Shown here: positions 12,950 through 24,721 of the stretch, in pieces
Layout: each line of letters starts with the position of its first letter
Numbering within the stretch: position 1 is the stretch's first letter
Assembly: GCA_031835245.2 (NCBI GenBank)
Contig: JAVKOQ020000043.1
Coordinates: 124,001-188,000 of the forward strand
Source of the DNA: Balamuthia mandrillaris
Lineage: Eukaryota
Direction of reading: 5' to 3'
Length of the DNA stretch: 64,000 nucleotides
The notes under the pieces: generated by a model
Told to the model about the DNA's origin: nothing
Seen by the model: the letters and a program-made list of their open reading frames with translations, nothing else
Databases searched by the model: none
Translations under genes and position numbers: made by a program

Positions 12950-13784
12950 TTATTGTGGTTGTTTCCTCTCTTCGTCATTTGGAATGAAGAGGTTGGCACG
13001 GTAGAACTGCAGCTCTTGGATGCTTTCCTTGATGTCCTCCAACGCTCGGTGCTTTAGCTTTTTCTCTATCCTTCGGTCGTAGATGTTTGGATACCAACGC
13101 TTGCACAACTCTTTCAAACTGCTTACATCCTTGGAAACAAAAAACAACAGCAAAAGCACTTTTAAAACAAAGCAACAAAACAGAAACAAGCAAGAAGAGA
13201 AAAAAAAGAAGAAGAGTGGAAAGAAGAAGAAAGAATAACAATCATGTGGGGAAGAAGGAAAGAAAGGAAACAGCTCGGATAGGCAAAGGTTTTACCACGA
13301 TACGGTAATGCAGGTGGTCCAGCAAACGAGGCATGTACTCTGCGAGGAAGACTTTGTCCATGTGAATGGAGTTGCCCGCTAGCACTGCAGTATGATAGGC
13401 CGTATATTTCTATTATTTCTCAACACAAAAAAATAGATGGTTAACTTCACACCACACACACAAAAAAAAAAATGGTACCTGAACAAACGAAAGCATCATT
13501 TCTTCGGCTTCTTGAAGCGTGACCCTGCTTTCACGACAAGCTTGAGTGAGGCCACTGGCCCCATGGTGTTCTTTGCACCAGTCGTTCATGCCCTCCAGCT
13601 CCTCGTCAGCGAGGTGGATGACCACCTCAGGAGCCTCTGCCACCACGTTCAGCTGGGCGTCCGTCACGATGCAGGCTACTTCCATGATGCGATCGGTCTT
13701 GACGTTCAACCCCGTCATTTCGAGGTCCATCCACACCATGCCATCTCGCAGCAGGCTCGCCGCAGCTTCTTCCTTCCTCTCCAT
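12950..13784 (-). CDS. REXO2: Oligoribonuclease (Orn/REXO2, DEDDh), 3 exons
   Basis: Motifs [38 protein letters not shown]...[20 protein letters not shown] and [18 protein letters not shown]. Confidence 0.96.
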
Positions 13785-14645
13785 TTTTTTTGTTTGTGAG
13801 AAAGTTTTGATTCGTGTCGTCCCGGATTTATTTGTCGACATAAGCCCAAGTTTCCCTCTGTGCCTCAAGCGGTGCAGCCGTCTCACCCCTTTGCTTTCTC
13901 TGTTGGCCAGCCCCAAAGGGGGGAGAGGGGGTCCAGGGGAGAGGCGAGGTTGCCGTAAAGGGCACTCTGGCAGATTTCACCATGGCTGTAGTTAATTGAA
14001 CACTCTAAAGCGGATCAGGCTCCTCCTCCTCCTCAAGCTTTGGGAAGGAGCAATTTGTTTACACTCCACGCGTTTGTTGTACGCTTTTTCGCAGAGGGAG
14101 GAGGCGTTCATGGGCTCCAGAGAATGACACGCGCAAACGGAAAAAAAAATCCGCGTGTTCTTTCACTGCGGGACTACCGCCACCGCACCGGCAGGGGAAA
14201 CAGACAGCAAAAAAACATCCACAGCAGATCTGGATCCTCCCACGTCTTGCGCCTCAATATAACTTTTCCTCAAACCCGTCGTCGCACAAAGTCCTCGCCC
14301 GTTGACGGACAAGCACAAAAACCAGCATGCCGAGTCAGCCTCAAATGAACCCAAAAATGGGGCAATGGTTGCTTTATCGGTTCATCCTCAATTAATCGAT
14401 AGATTAATGGGTCCTACATGGAACGCTTCGAGGACCACAAAACAGAACGCAAACCGACCAATAGCCCGGCGTTTCATTAAGCCCAGCCAATGAACAAACT
14501 CCGGCTCGGTTTTTTTTTATCTCCTTAACGCCTTCTTGCCGGTAGGCTATTTATTACTTCGGTCAATACCTCCCAGTTTTTTTCTTCTTTAGTCTTCTGC
14601 GACAGTAACCCAACCGACATCACACAAACAAACAAGACAGAACAA

Positions 14646-14879
14646 ATGAGGAGCAACCGCACAGCAAGCCTGTTCTTGGTGGCCCTTGCGCTGTGCTGCG
14701 TGGCTGTGCCCGCCGCCGCCTGGACCACCGCCAAGCAGTCCAACGGCCGCTTTGCCTTTGTCAACCCTGATGGCGAGCCCGTCATGCTCCGCGGAGTTTC
14801 CATGACCGGCCACGAGACCGGAACCATTGCCACCAAAGCTGGTGCTGGCTACTGGATGGTTCGTTTTTTTATATGTTTT

Positions 14880-14914
<35 letters not shown>

Positions 14915-16509
14915 CTTGCTTGCTTGCACTTCTCTCTCTCTCTCTCTCTCCCCTATCGTTTCTAGGTAAATAACCATGGATTCTTTTGTTTTCACAGTTC
15001 TCTGGAGAAGGAGGAGACCCTGCCCAGGATGCCAAGAACGTCGTTGAAAACATTGCCAGCACCCTCATCGAGGAGTGGAAGTCGGACGTCATTCGTATTC
15101 CCATCTGTGGCAGCGCCTGGATGCAGAACTACGCCGTGCAGGAGTGGGGCGGCACCGAGCTCTACACCTACAAGGAGTGGATCGACTTGGTCGTCGACCT
15201 CACCCGCGAGGCCGGCAAAATAGTCATTATCGATGTCCATCTGTGGGCCGTGGCCGAGTCAGAGGACATTGACGGACTGGTGGATGGATGCAGTGCCACC
15301 GCCTCCTGCTCCAGCACGGACTGGTACACGGCCGACAGGACCAACTGGCAGTGCCCCATCGCCAACGCGGATGGTTGCACCATGCAAAGTGCTGTGAAGA
15401 ACCAGGACGCCTTCAGGGAGACCTGGGTGGACATTGCCAATTACTACAAGGATGACTTGGGCATCTGGTTCGAGATCTACAACGAGCCCTACGAACGTTA
15501 TGCCAACGGAGCCAACCTGGAGGAGAGCGACTACAACTGGGACGACTGGACTTCCTTCTTCGATGACATCATCCACGCCATCCGTGATGAGGCCAATGCT
15601 GACAACATCATCTTGGTCGGCGGTTTGGACTTTGCTTGCGACTTTGGTCCGGAGTTCGGTCCCATTGCCAACCCCGAGGAGTTCCTGCCCTGGAAGGACG
15701 TGCCCAACGTGGGCTATGTTCTCCATCCTTACCAACACGGTGCCTGCTGCGGTGAGATCGGTGAAGACGAGGATCTCAGCATGACCGATCCCTACGAGTC
15801 CGCTTGGTGTCTCTTCCGTGAGAGCGCCACCGCCTCTGGCTCCCCGGTCCCCGCCCCTGGCGTCACCTGCAACAGCCCCGGATATGCTGACACTGCGGAC
15901 AAAAAGGTTCCTCCCTGCACCTGGATTCCCGAGGGCAAGCACCCCGAAACAGGAGAGCTGGGTGTGTGCGCTGGAGCTCGCAACCGCTGCCCTCAGTTGA
16001 GCGAGGCCGAGTGCAAGAGCATCGATCGTGGCACCCCTGAGGCCGGCGGTCTCTCCGAGTACATCCTCCCCATGGCCGAGTACGGCCCCTTGTTCGCCAC
16101 GGAGTTTGGCACATTCGATTGCAGCAGCTCGTACACCAAACACTTGTTGGCCTACTTTGAGGAGTATGGCATTTCCTGGACGGCCTGGGCTCTGTGGCCT
16201 CAGAACTCGGGTGGTCCTGGGCAAGGCTCTTGCGGTTATCCCAGCGTGATCTATCCCTCGGACGCTGCTCAGGACTCCGGCAAGGCCTTCAAGCCTTGCG
16301 TTGACAGGGAGGACTGTTCCGCTCTCCTCACTCCTCTCGGCTGGAGCGGCGAGCTGGTCCATCAGGACTTGATCACCAAAGGCGGCAGCGTCGATGATGG
16401 CGGTGATGGCACCACGGATGGCAGCACAGACGGTGACGGCACCACTGACGGCGGTGATGGCGATGGTGACTCTGCCCAAGACAGACTCCAACCCACTCTC
16501 TTGTTGTAA
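14646..16509 (+). CDS. Secreted glycoside hydrolase family 5 (cellulase-like), copy B, 2 exons
   Basis: Near-identical to copy A. Catalytic motifs FEIYNEP and ATEFG. Intron at about 14859-14997. Confidence 0.88.
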
Positions 16510-16853
16510 AAGCCACAACCACGGTGTTGTTACTTCCATTTTTCTAAAACAAAACTTCATTTCATACTTTCAATGCCTCTATTGGAAGAGTTAGTGGTTG
16601 TTGGTGATCTTTCTCATCCCTCCAGTTGTTTTGCCCTCTTCTTCTTCTTTTTCCTGAGCTCGTCTTGTTCTTTTGCCTCTTGTTCTTCGTCTTTTGTTCT
16701 TTCCTCTGTTACATCATCTCCCTTCAAAACAAAAAAAAAGAAACGAAAAGAAAAGAAAGAAACTGCACAGACGACAAGAAAGAACAGTAATGTACATAAC
16801 CTTTATTATAAAGCATGGTAGTTGCAAATAAGTCTGTTGTTGTTGTAGTTGCT

Positions 16854-17227
16854 TCATTCGTCTGCATAGATGTGAAACTGAGAGTAATGAGAGGCAGCAT
16901 TAGTGAGTTCCCACACCTCGGCGGCGAGGCTTGGGTCTAACAATATCTTGGTGAGCACTTTGGGGTTGGCGCAGTAGGCCACCACCTCGTCGATGCGAGC
17001 CAAGTTCTTGGGTTGCATGTACTGTCGCAGGCAGGTCTTGAGCACGCTGGCCGCCTGTCTAGCCAACATTTGCACTTCCTCTAGTCGCATGTGCAGCTTT
17101 TTCATGTCCACTTTCGATGGATCCAGCTGTTAAGAAGATAACAGTGAAAATATAGCCGTTAGCAAGAATAGAGAAGAAGATAGAAATAATAGCGAGGATA
17201 ATACAAATAGAAAAAAGCATCGAGCAA

Positions 17228-17260
<33 letters not shown>

Positions 17261-18335
17261 TTACTAACATCCATAACCGAAACATGTTCCTGACAACGAC
17301 AAAATATGTTTAAGGCCTTTCGCAATGGCTGGTCCGCCGGAAGGATCTGCGCAACAGTGATGTTGCCCGCCGACAGTGCAAAGTAACACTTGACGCCGAT
17401 CTTGAGGATGTCTCTCTCAATGTCCGCTCCCTTCTTGGCTGAGCCGCTCTCCTTCTCAATGATGTGCTTCATGGCGGCCACGAGGTTGGTTACCTCGGGA
17501 GGGATCCGCGCCTTGACCGCTCGCTTGCCCATGGTCGAGGTCGCAACCTTGCCCACCACGTTCTTGGTGGTGCGTTGACGCAGGGAGCGCAGCGCTCCCG
17601 CCTTTCTCTTCTCCTTGCTGAGAGGGGGTTGGGGCTCCTTGTTGGTGTTGGCCTTGAGGGCGGCTACCCACTCCACCCAGTCCTCCCTGCTCTTGGTGGC
17701 CAGGAGGAACTCCCACTCGCAACTCTTTTCTTCTTCCTTGGTTTTGTCTGTTGTTGCTTGCTTTTGTTTGAGGAAAAGAGTGTATTGGCGTTCCATGTCT
17801 TTCTTGTATTTGTTGACAACGGCCTTTCTGGGGGCCTTCGGAGAGGCAGAGGCCGAGGAGCAAGCGGCATAGGAGGCGGAGGGAGAAGAGGAGAGGGTGC
17901 CGATGGTGTCTCTAGGAGGAGGATTGCTGACGCTGCGTCGTCGGAACACCATCTCTTTCTCTTTCTCCTTCTCTTTGCCTTTCTTGCTCTTCTCCACCAC
18001 AGCCGCCACGTTCTCATCGTCAGAGGCGGGCTCGTTGCAAACCAGATCTGCCTCTTTCAGCTCGATCTTTCCTTTGGGTTCTTGATCCTTTTTTTTTTGT
18101 TAATATGTTTCATCAAGTAAAAGACTTGACATCAATCACCCACAACATGGAGAGAGAGAGAGAGAGAGAGAGAGAAGTAAAAAAAATGAAATACCTCAAC
18201 ATCAGAGTAGTAGTACAAAGTGCTGCCAATGAGAACAAAAAAGTAGCAGCTCCATTTCTTCTGCTTGTTCTTGCCCTTCACCAGCAGCGTCTTGCGCGTG
18301 TGCAAGTACCCTTCCTTGTCAAAGCTTTCACTCAT
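16854..18335 (-). CDS. PH domain plus TNFAIP8/TIPE-like (DUF758) domain protein, 3 exons
   Basis: PH start KEGYLHTRK...KKWSCYFFVLIGSTLYYY and PH end FLLATKSREDWVEWVAALK. The C-terminal helical region (KNVVGKVAT..., KKGADIERDILKIGVK, LRQYMQPKNLARIDEVV) resembles TNFAIP8 as I recall it. Confidence 0.72.
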
Positions 18336-18854
18336 GTCTCCCCCTCTTTTTCTCTTAGTGTTCTCTCTCTCTCTCTCTCTCTCCTCTCTTGATGGTTCGG
18401 TGTGGGTTGGATTGGTGATGGTGAGTGATGGTTAGTTTTCTTCTGTTCTTTCTGTGACCAGACCCCTCCCCCTTTTTAATGGTTAACAAAAAAAAAAAGT
18501 GTGAGGTGAGGAGGGAAGAGAGGAGAGAGCTTACGCCTCAACAACACAAAGTAGGAGGAGATAGAACAAGAAAAGCAAGGGAAGAAGAAGGATGAAGAAG
18601 GAGATTTTTTTTGGGTGGCGTGGTTGGCGAGCAGCGGTTATTATTATGGCCGCCCTGATCTCTCCAATAATTAAACGATCGCAAGGAGCGAGAAGCGAGA
18701 AGAGAGAAGAGAGAGGAGAGAGAAGCGAGAAGAGAGAAGCGAGAAGAGGGAAGAGAGAAGAGAGAGAAGGGGCAGAAAGATTCAAGCGAGAAAGAAGAGG
18801 GCACGTGTTTGACAAAAAAAAAACAAATATAGCGGAAAAATAAAATGTTGTTTG

Positions 18855-20401
18855 TTAAGAAGAGTACTTTTGCTTGAGAGCATCCAGCTTTTTCTTATCG
18901 GCAGGGGTGAGCTGCTGTCCTAGCTGCTCCTCCTCCAACCTGCCATACAGCTGCACCACAGCGGAGGCCAGCTGCTTGTGTTCCTCGCTCTTGATGGCAG
19001 CAGCCTCGCCGACCAAAAAGGCATGAAAGCTCTCAGCATCACCAGAGACCAACTCCTGTTCCTTTGCAGAGACATCAGCTCTACGAGGGGGTCTGGAAGA
19101 AGATGGTGACGAAGAAGAGTGGCTCCAGTCCTGACCATCGCGTTGCTGGTCTTCAAGAATGGGAGCAGAGATGGGTCCGTTGGCCTGACATCCTCCCAAA
19201 AACTCGGAGGCGATCTGGAAGGCCTTCTCCTGGTCGCCATCGAGGAGGGCCAACAGGGTCTGCACACAAACGATGCCAGAGAGAGGGGCCACTCCTTCCG
19301 CCTTTCTTTGCTCCTCCATCTGCCGGAGTTCCTGAAGAAGGTCCTCCTTGCTCCTCTCTTCTGGCTTCCTTACTATCTCTTTCTGCTTCTTTCCCTCCTT
19401 CTTCTCATCTTGCTTCTCTTCTTCTCCCGTCTTCTGTTGTGGTGGTGGAGGAACACCATGAATGGCAGCCTTCCACAAGGACCTCATGTAACAGGAATAG
19501 AGCAGCGGTTGATGCAAGGGAGGTTGGTTGAATCCCTCCTGCTTGGCGACCTCCCAGTACTTCTTGGCCGTCTGCCAATCCCCAGCCTCGCAGAAGCATC
19601 GAACCATGTGCTCATAGGTCCGAGCGTTGGGAGCAAAGCCAGGCTTCCTGGTCAGGGCGTTGAAGGTCAAGACGGCGTTCTGGACATCCCCCCTCTCCAC
19701 AAAGTCCCTAAGCAGCCTGTTCCAGGTGAAGATGGAGGGCCAGGTGCGGTATGACAGCAGGTCCGCGAAGATGGAGAGGACCTTCTCGGACTGGCCCACG
19801 CGAGCAGCGGCTCGTTGCATATCGGCACAGAGGGCAGGAGAGGTCTCCACGTTCTTGCGTTGGAACTCCTGGAAGAAGGTCAAGGCCTTGGTGAATTGGG
19901 TTGGGGTGGTGGTCTTCTGGAAGAGCAAGACGAGAAAGTACTGGCGGGGGTTCCACTTGCGTTCGTAGGTGCTACGGATGAGGTCGGCCAGCTTCGCGAA
20001 GCTCATGTCTCTAAAGGCTTCTTTGCCGACGTGTGGCGTGGGGGAAGAGGAGGAAGGAGAGGAAGAAGTGGCGGCAGGTGTTGTGGCCGCTTTGGCGAAG
20101 CCTCGTGAAGGAAACAGCGGGAAAGAACGAAGAACTGAAAGAGAACCCAACCACAAAAAAAATTAGATTTTTTGCTTTTTTTTCCAAAAAGTGACAACGC
20201 ACCAGGGGAATAATTTGAAGTAGAACAAGAAGTGTTGGAAGAGCAAAGGGCGGGTTGGGCCGCTGCAGCCCAGCGCAAAGCGCCGGGCAGAGCGCCGCGA
20301 CCCCCAACAGAAGCGGATTTTGTCACCCAAGACCCACCAGCGTATCTCAAGCAAGTGGAGGACCGGCTTAAATTGGCTTGTGTCCGCAGGGAGGGCAACA
20401 T
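18855..20401 (-). CDS. Pentatricopeptide-repeat-like mitochondrial protein, 2 exons
   Basis: PPR-like repeats PSIFTWNRLLRDFVERGDVQNAVLTF and PNARTYEHMVRCFCEAGDWQTAKKYW. Presequence-like N-terminus MLPSLRTQANLSRSS. Confidence 0.8.
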
Positions 20402-20661
20402 TTTTTTTTCTCTTTGTTTCTTCTTCCCCCTATCAGCACTCTGTTTTTTTTGTTCCCAATCACTCCTCCCTCTCTTCTTTTCCGCCCACTTCGCCTCTCT
20501 TGCCTTTCTTTTTTTCTTCCCCTTCTCTTTTTTTTTTGTGCCGACAAGCAAATATTCACAGGTTCGAATCCAATCGAATGCAACTGGGTTTTTTTTGTGT
20601 GGAGAAGTTTAATTTTCATGACGACATGAAAAATCCCATGGCCATGATAGCTTTGGTGAAG

Positions 20662-21704
20662 CTACTTGGCCAAGCTGACACGCAGCGTGCGGCCATACAA
20701 AAGCCACCTCCCCGCTTGTTCCACTGCCTGCCAATGGTAGGTGTGCGCGCATGTTAGCCCCCCCAAAAAAAAAAACAACACAACACAACACAACGTAAGC
20801 GGTATTAATGCTGCACCTTTTGAGCCTCGGCTTCGGTCTCAAACTCCACAAACGCGATGCCGGAGGCCTTCATTCGTCCCTCAAAGCGGCCTTTGCCTGG
20901 TATTCTCACGTCCCTTTTTGTTTGTTCCAAGGAGAAAAGGTGAGCGACATTAAACAAACATAAAATAAAGTGGCGTACGCACAAAACCACTCCGGCCTCC
21001 TGGAAGGTATTCCAAATGTCGTCCTCGGTGGTGCCGGTGGGTATGCCTCCCACGAAAATGGTGGCGTAGTCGTTGCTACCGCCATTCACGCAATTGTTTT
21101 TGGGGTACACCACTCTTTCTTCCTCTTCTTGTTGTTGTTGCCATCTGCCTCCTCTTGCTTGGTTTTGCTGGTTTTGATGTTGGTGCCGAGGTTTTTCGTA
21201 GTGCGTTCTTTGTTGTGCATTGTCGTCATGGTTGTGTAGTGTGTTTCCGCTGTAGTTGTGTTTCCCTTCGTGTGCATTACCTCGGTGATGGTGTGGTTGC
21301 GATGTTGAAGGATTTTCATCAGTGTCTGTTGTTTGTTTTGACTCTTTGCCGTTTTTCTTTTTCTTTTGCTTTGGCTTCTCGTGCGATCCGTTTTCGGTTC
21401 CTTCTTTTTCTGCTTCATCGCCGTTTTCTGCCTCCCTCTTCCTCTTTGTTTGCTTCTTCTCTTTCGTCTTCTTCTCCTTCGCTTTCGCTCCGTCCTCCTC
21501 ATCTTTTGTTTTCTTCTCTTTTTTCTTCATTTGTGTTTTCACTTCCTTCTCCGCTTTTGTGTCTTTCTCTTTCTTCTGCCTTTGCTTCTTTTTCTTCGTC
21601 TTCTTCCTCTTCTCGTCCTTTGTCTTGCCCTTCTTCTTGTTTTGTTTCTCTTCCTTCAAGAGCTCTTCCTCCGCGGCGCGTCTCTCTTCCGCTCCTCCGT
21701 CCAT
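20662..21704 (-). CDS. Lys/Glu-rich RRM protein, probably nucleolar, 3 exons
   Basis: RNP2 TIFVGGIP, RNP1 SGIAFVEF and last exon AVEQAGRWLLYGRTLRVSLAK*. Long K/E-rich N-terminus. Confidence 0.82.
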
Positions 21705-21806
21705 CTTTATTTTCTTTTTCTTTTTCTTTTTTCTTCTTCTCATGACGACACTAGCGATTCTCGCTGATGTCATGTCTTGCCATTTGTACTCCATGCTGAC
21801 GTCGAA

Positions 21807-23235
21807 ATGAACATATCCCGCGTCGTCCGCAGCCGCACAGTGAGCACCCACCCACCCGCGCAAGACTATGCGAAGAGGCCTTGGCCTGATCCAACGAGAC
21901 GTGCGGTTGGCGAGACCTTGGTTGCAGTGCCGCAGCGGTGGGAGCAGCAGCAGCAGCATGGTACTAGTAGCATCTCTCCCTTCCTCTCTTGTTTGTTGAA
22001 CATTTTAAAAAAAACTTGCCCTCTTCGCCTGCCCACACTCACACCCACGCTCGTTGTCTTGTTGAACTTGTTGTGGCAACACCCAAAAACAAAAAACAGT
22101 CGCAGGTTTCTTCATCAGCTTCTTCTTCCACAACGGCAGCAGCCACCCAGAGCAGAGATCTCTCATCTGGATCCACGGTCGGCTCTCCTCCTTCATCTCC
22201 GCGTGCTTCTGAAGAGGCCACAAGCAGCCAGTAAGTTTCTCTTCCCAGGGGTGAATCAGAACGAACGACCCCACTGAACACAATAACCTGCAGGAAGAAA
22301 ATAAAGGTCTACACTAGGACGGGAGACAAAGGCACATCTAGCCTGTTCTCCGGAGAACGTAAGCCCAAAGATGACGTTGTCTTCGAGGCTTTGGGCGCCA
22401 CCGATGAGCTCAACAGCTTTATTGGGTGGGTGTTTCTTTCTTGCTCGTCTACCAGTGTTATGTACGGAATGGATGAGCTCACTCCTTTCTTCCATGAATG
22501 GTTTTGTTCTGTTACGGACAGCATCGCGAGGGAGTACTGTGTGCTAAGCAACAACGGCTTGGACCACTATCTTCAACTGGTAACCTATCTGCTCCTTGTT
22601 CTTTGGCTGTTCTTCTTCCTATTTATGGCTCCTCTCTTTTTCTCTTTTTGTACCTTCTTCAATGAAACTCTCACCTCGACTGGTATATTTGTTTCAAAGA
22701 TACAATCAACGTTGTTGGATGTTGGTTCTCACATCGCCACGCCGAGAACTTCTCACTCTGAGGCAAGACTAAGTATGTACATGAAAATTGGTGTTTGTCT
22801 CTGACTTGTTAGTTCTTTTCATCTTACTCATTTTGGTGACTAAAACAGGACGAACAGAGTTTTCCGATGAGTACGTTGATCAGCTAGAGCGGTGGATCGA
22901 TGAGTTGGACGCTCCTCTTCCTCCGTTAAAGAACTTCATCCTTCCTGTTGCGTTTATTCTCCTTGCTCTCTTCTCTCTCTGCTTTGATTCTATTTGACTG
23001 AACGCAACATAAATAGTCAGGTGGATTGTCAAGCTCTCACCTACACGCCTGTCGCTCCATCTGCAGAAGAGCGGAGAGGCAGGTGGTGCCCCTGGTGCGC
23101 GATGGCCTAACGGAGGAGAGCGTTGGTCGCTACCTCAACCGTCTCAGTGACTTCTTCTTTGTAGCTGCTCGTTACGCTGCTCATCGTGATGGTGCCAAAG
23201 AAGTTATCTACAAGAAAGAACAGGACAGAAAGTAA
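21807..23235 (+). CDS. MMAB: Cob(I)alamin adenosyltransferase (PduO/MMAB type), multi-exon
   Basis: Motifs [77 protein letters not shown] and [15 protein letters not shown]. The start codon and first intron are less certain. Confidence 0.93.
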
Positions 23236-23318
23236 TGTCATTGTTGTTTATCTGTTAATGAAACACGTTTTTTACAAAGAACAGAAAGCAGAAAGAAGAC
23301 GAAAGAAGAAAACAAAGA

Positions 23319-24153
23319 CTATGTGTAAGGATCACTGTTCTGTCTAGACCGAACGGGAGAAGTGGAGGGACACGTTTGCTCCATCACCTTCGGCTCAACA
23401 CTTCCGCTTCGATACCGCGGTGGCGAACGAGAGGTTTGTGCAGGTGGCGCCGATGCAGATCTCGTCGGCGTTGTTGCTGAGGAGGAAGATGATGAACGAG
23501 GAGAGGAAGAACCGGAAGAAGAACGGGTGAGAAGGTGCGTGGGATGACTTTGCTGGTGTTGACTGCCCTTCCTCTTCTGTCGCCGATAGAGCTCCACGCA
23601 GGCCTGCAAGTCCACCAACGTCTGGTAGACCTGCCTGGCCCTGACCGCATTGACAACAAAGGGCGGGACCCACCCCTTGATATCCACGTTCAGCACGTAC
23701 GTGCAGAAGCACTGGTCCTTGTCCACCCCCAGGGGCTCCAAGATCCAGCCGCTGTGCAGTATCTCGCCCCGCACAAACCCTGGCACCGAGGGCGGCACCA
23801 GCTCGGGGCATTGCACCGAGGTGGCGGCGTATATCCAGCGCCCGCTGCCCTCGTCGAAGTAGACGAAGCGGAGGAGGCTGAAGTCGCGCGGGGAGAGGAG
23901 GAGGGAGGGAGAGTAGGAGCGGAGGTGCGTGATGTTCATCTCTTCCCCCTCGATGCGGGCCACCTCCGTGAGACTCATGGTCAGCGGGTCGTGGTCTTGG
24001 TGAAGAGGAGGAGGAGAAGGAGCGAGGAGGAGGATCAAAAAGGAGGAGGAGGAGGATTGCAGTGGCCGTTGGTGGTGGTGCAAAGGAAAAAGAAAGACAA
24101 TCAGCCCATTTTGACTTTGCAAAAGAAGAGAGAGAACGAAAGCAAGAGGGAGG

Positions 24154-24196
<43 letters not shown>

Positions 24197-24721
24197 CAAG
24201 AAGAGAAACCGGCAGAGACAAACCGTGGTTGACGAGGACAGTGCCTATCTCTTGGGGAGTGGCGCATACTCTGCCTTCCACGCGGGTCATGAAGCAGTCC
24301 CCACAATCCTTTTTGCTCACCAATATCGCTCTCTCGTCCTTGTTGTAATGAAGCAGTCAGTTTGTTGGAACAAACACCAAACAGGACGAACAATGCATGA
24401 AACAGAGTGGCAAAAGCAAGATGAAAGATTTGACAACCTGCAAACGTATAGAAACAGAGAGAGGAACATAACAAAACAAGACATGTGGTGGTTTCAACAA
24501 AAAAGAAAGAAAATATAAACCTTGACGAGCTTCCAACCAGCCGTTTCAGAGCCATGGGGCTCCACCTGCGCTAACAGCTTGGTAACGGTGTAGTTCCTGA
24601 GGTTCCTGTATACAGCTATTTCCTGCTCATCCGTGATGACCTTCTGGCCGTCTTTGTTGAGCTCATCGACGATGACCTTGCTGCCCAGTTTGACGGAGCC
24701 CATTGGCGGTGGCCTTTGCAT
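23319..24721 (-). CDS. START lipid-transfer domain protein with Ser/Arg-rich tail
   Basis: Motifs GWKLVK, LLSPRDFSLLR, ATSVQCPELVPP..GFVRGEILHSGWILEP and TYVLNVDIKGWVPPFVVN. Confidence 0.88.

Noticed and set aside
13840..14180. RNase P/MRP call on the minus strand (GGUAGUCCCG ... UUGGGCUUA P4-like pair)
   Set aside because: Only about 6 bp with a poor CR-I match, and the G-U pairs of the main helices favour the + strand. Kept only as an unassigned structured candidate.
8690..16509. Composite transposon with the GH5 copies as inverted arms
   Set aside because: No transposase, terminal repeats or target-site duplication, and the enclosed genes are ordinary intron-containing housekeeping genes.
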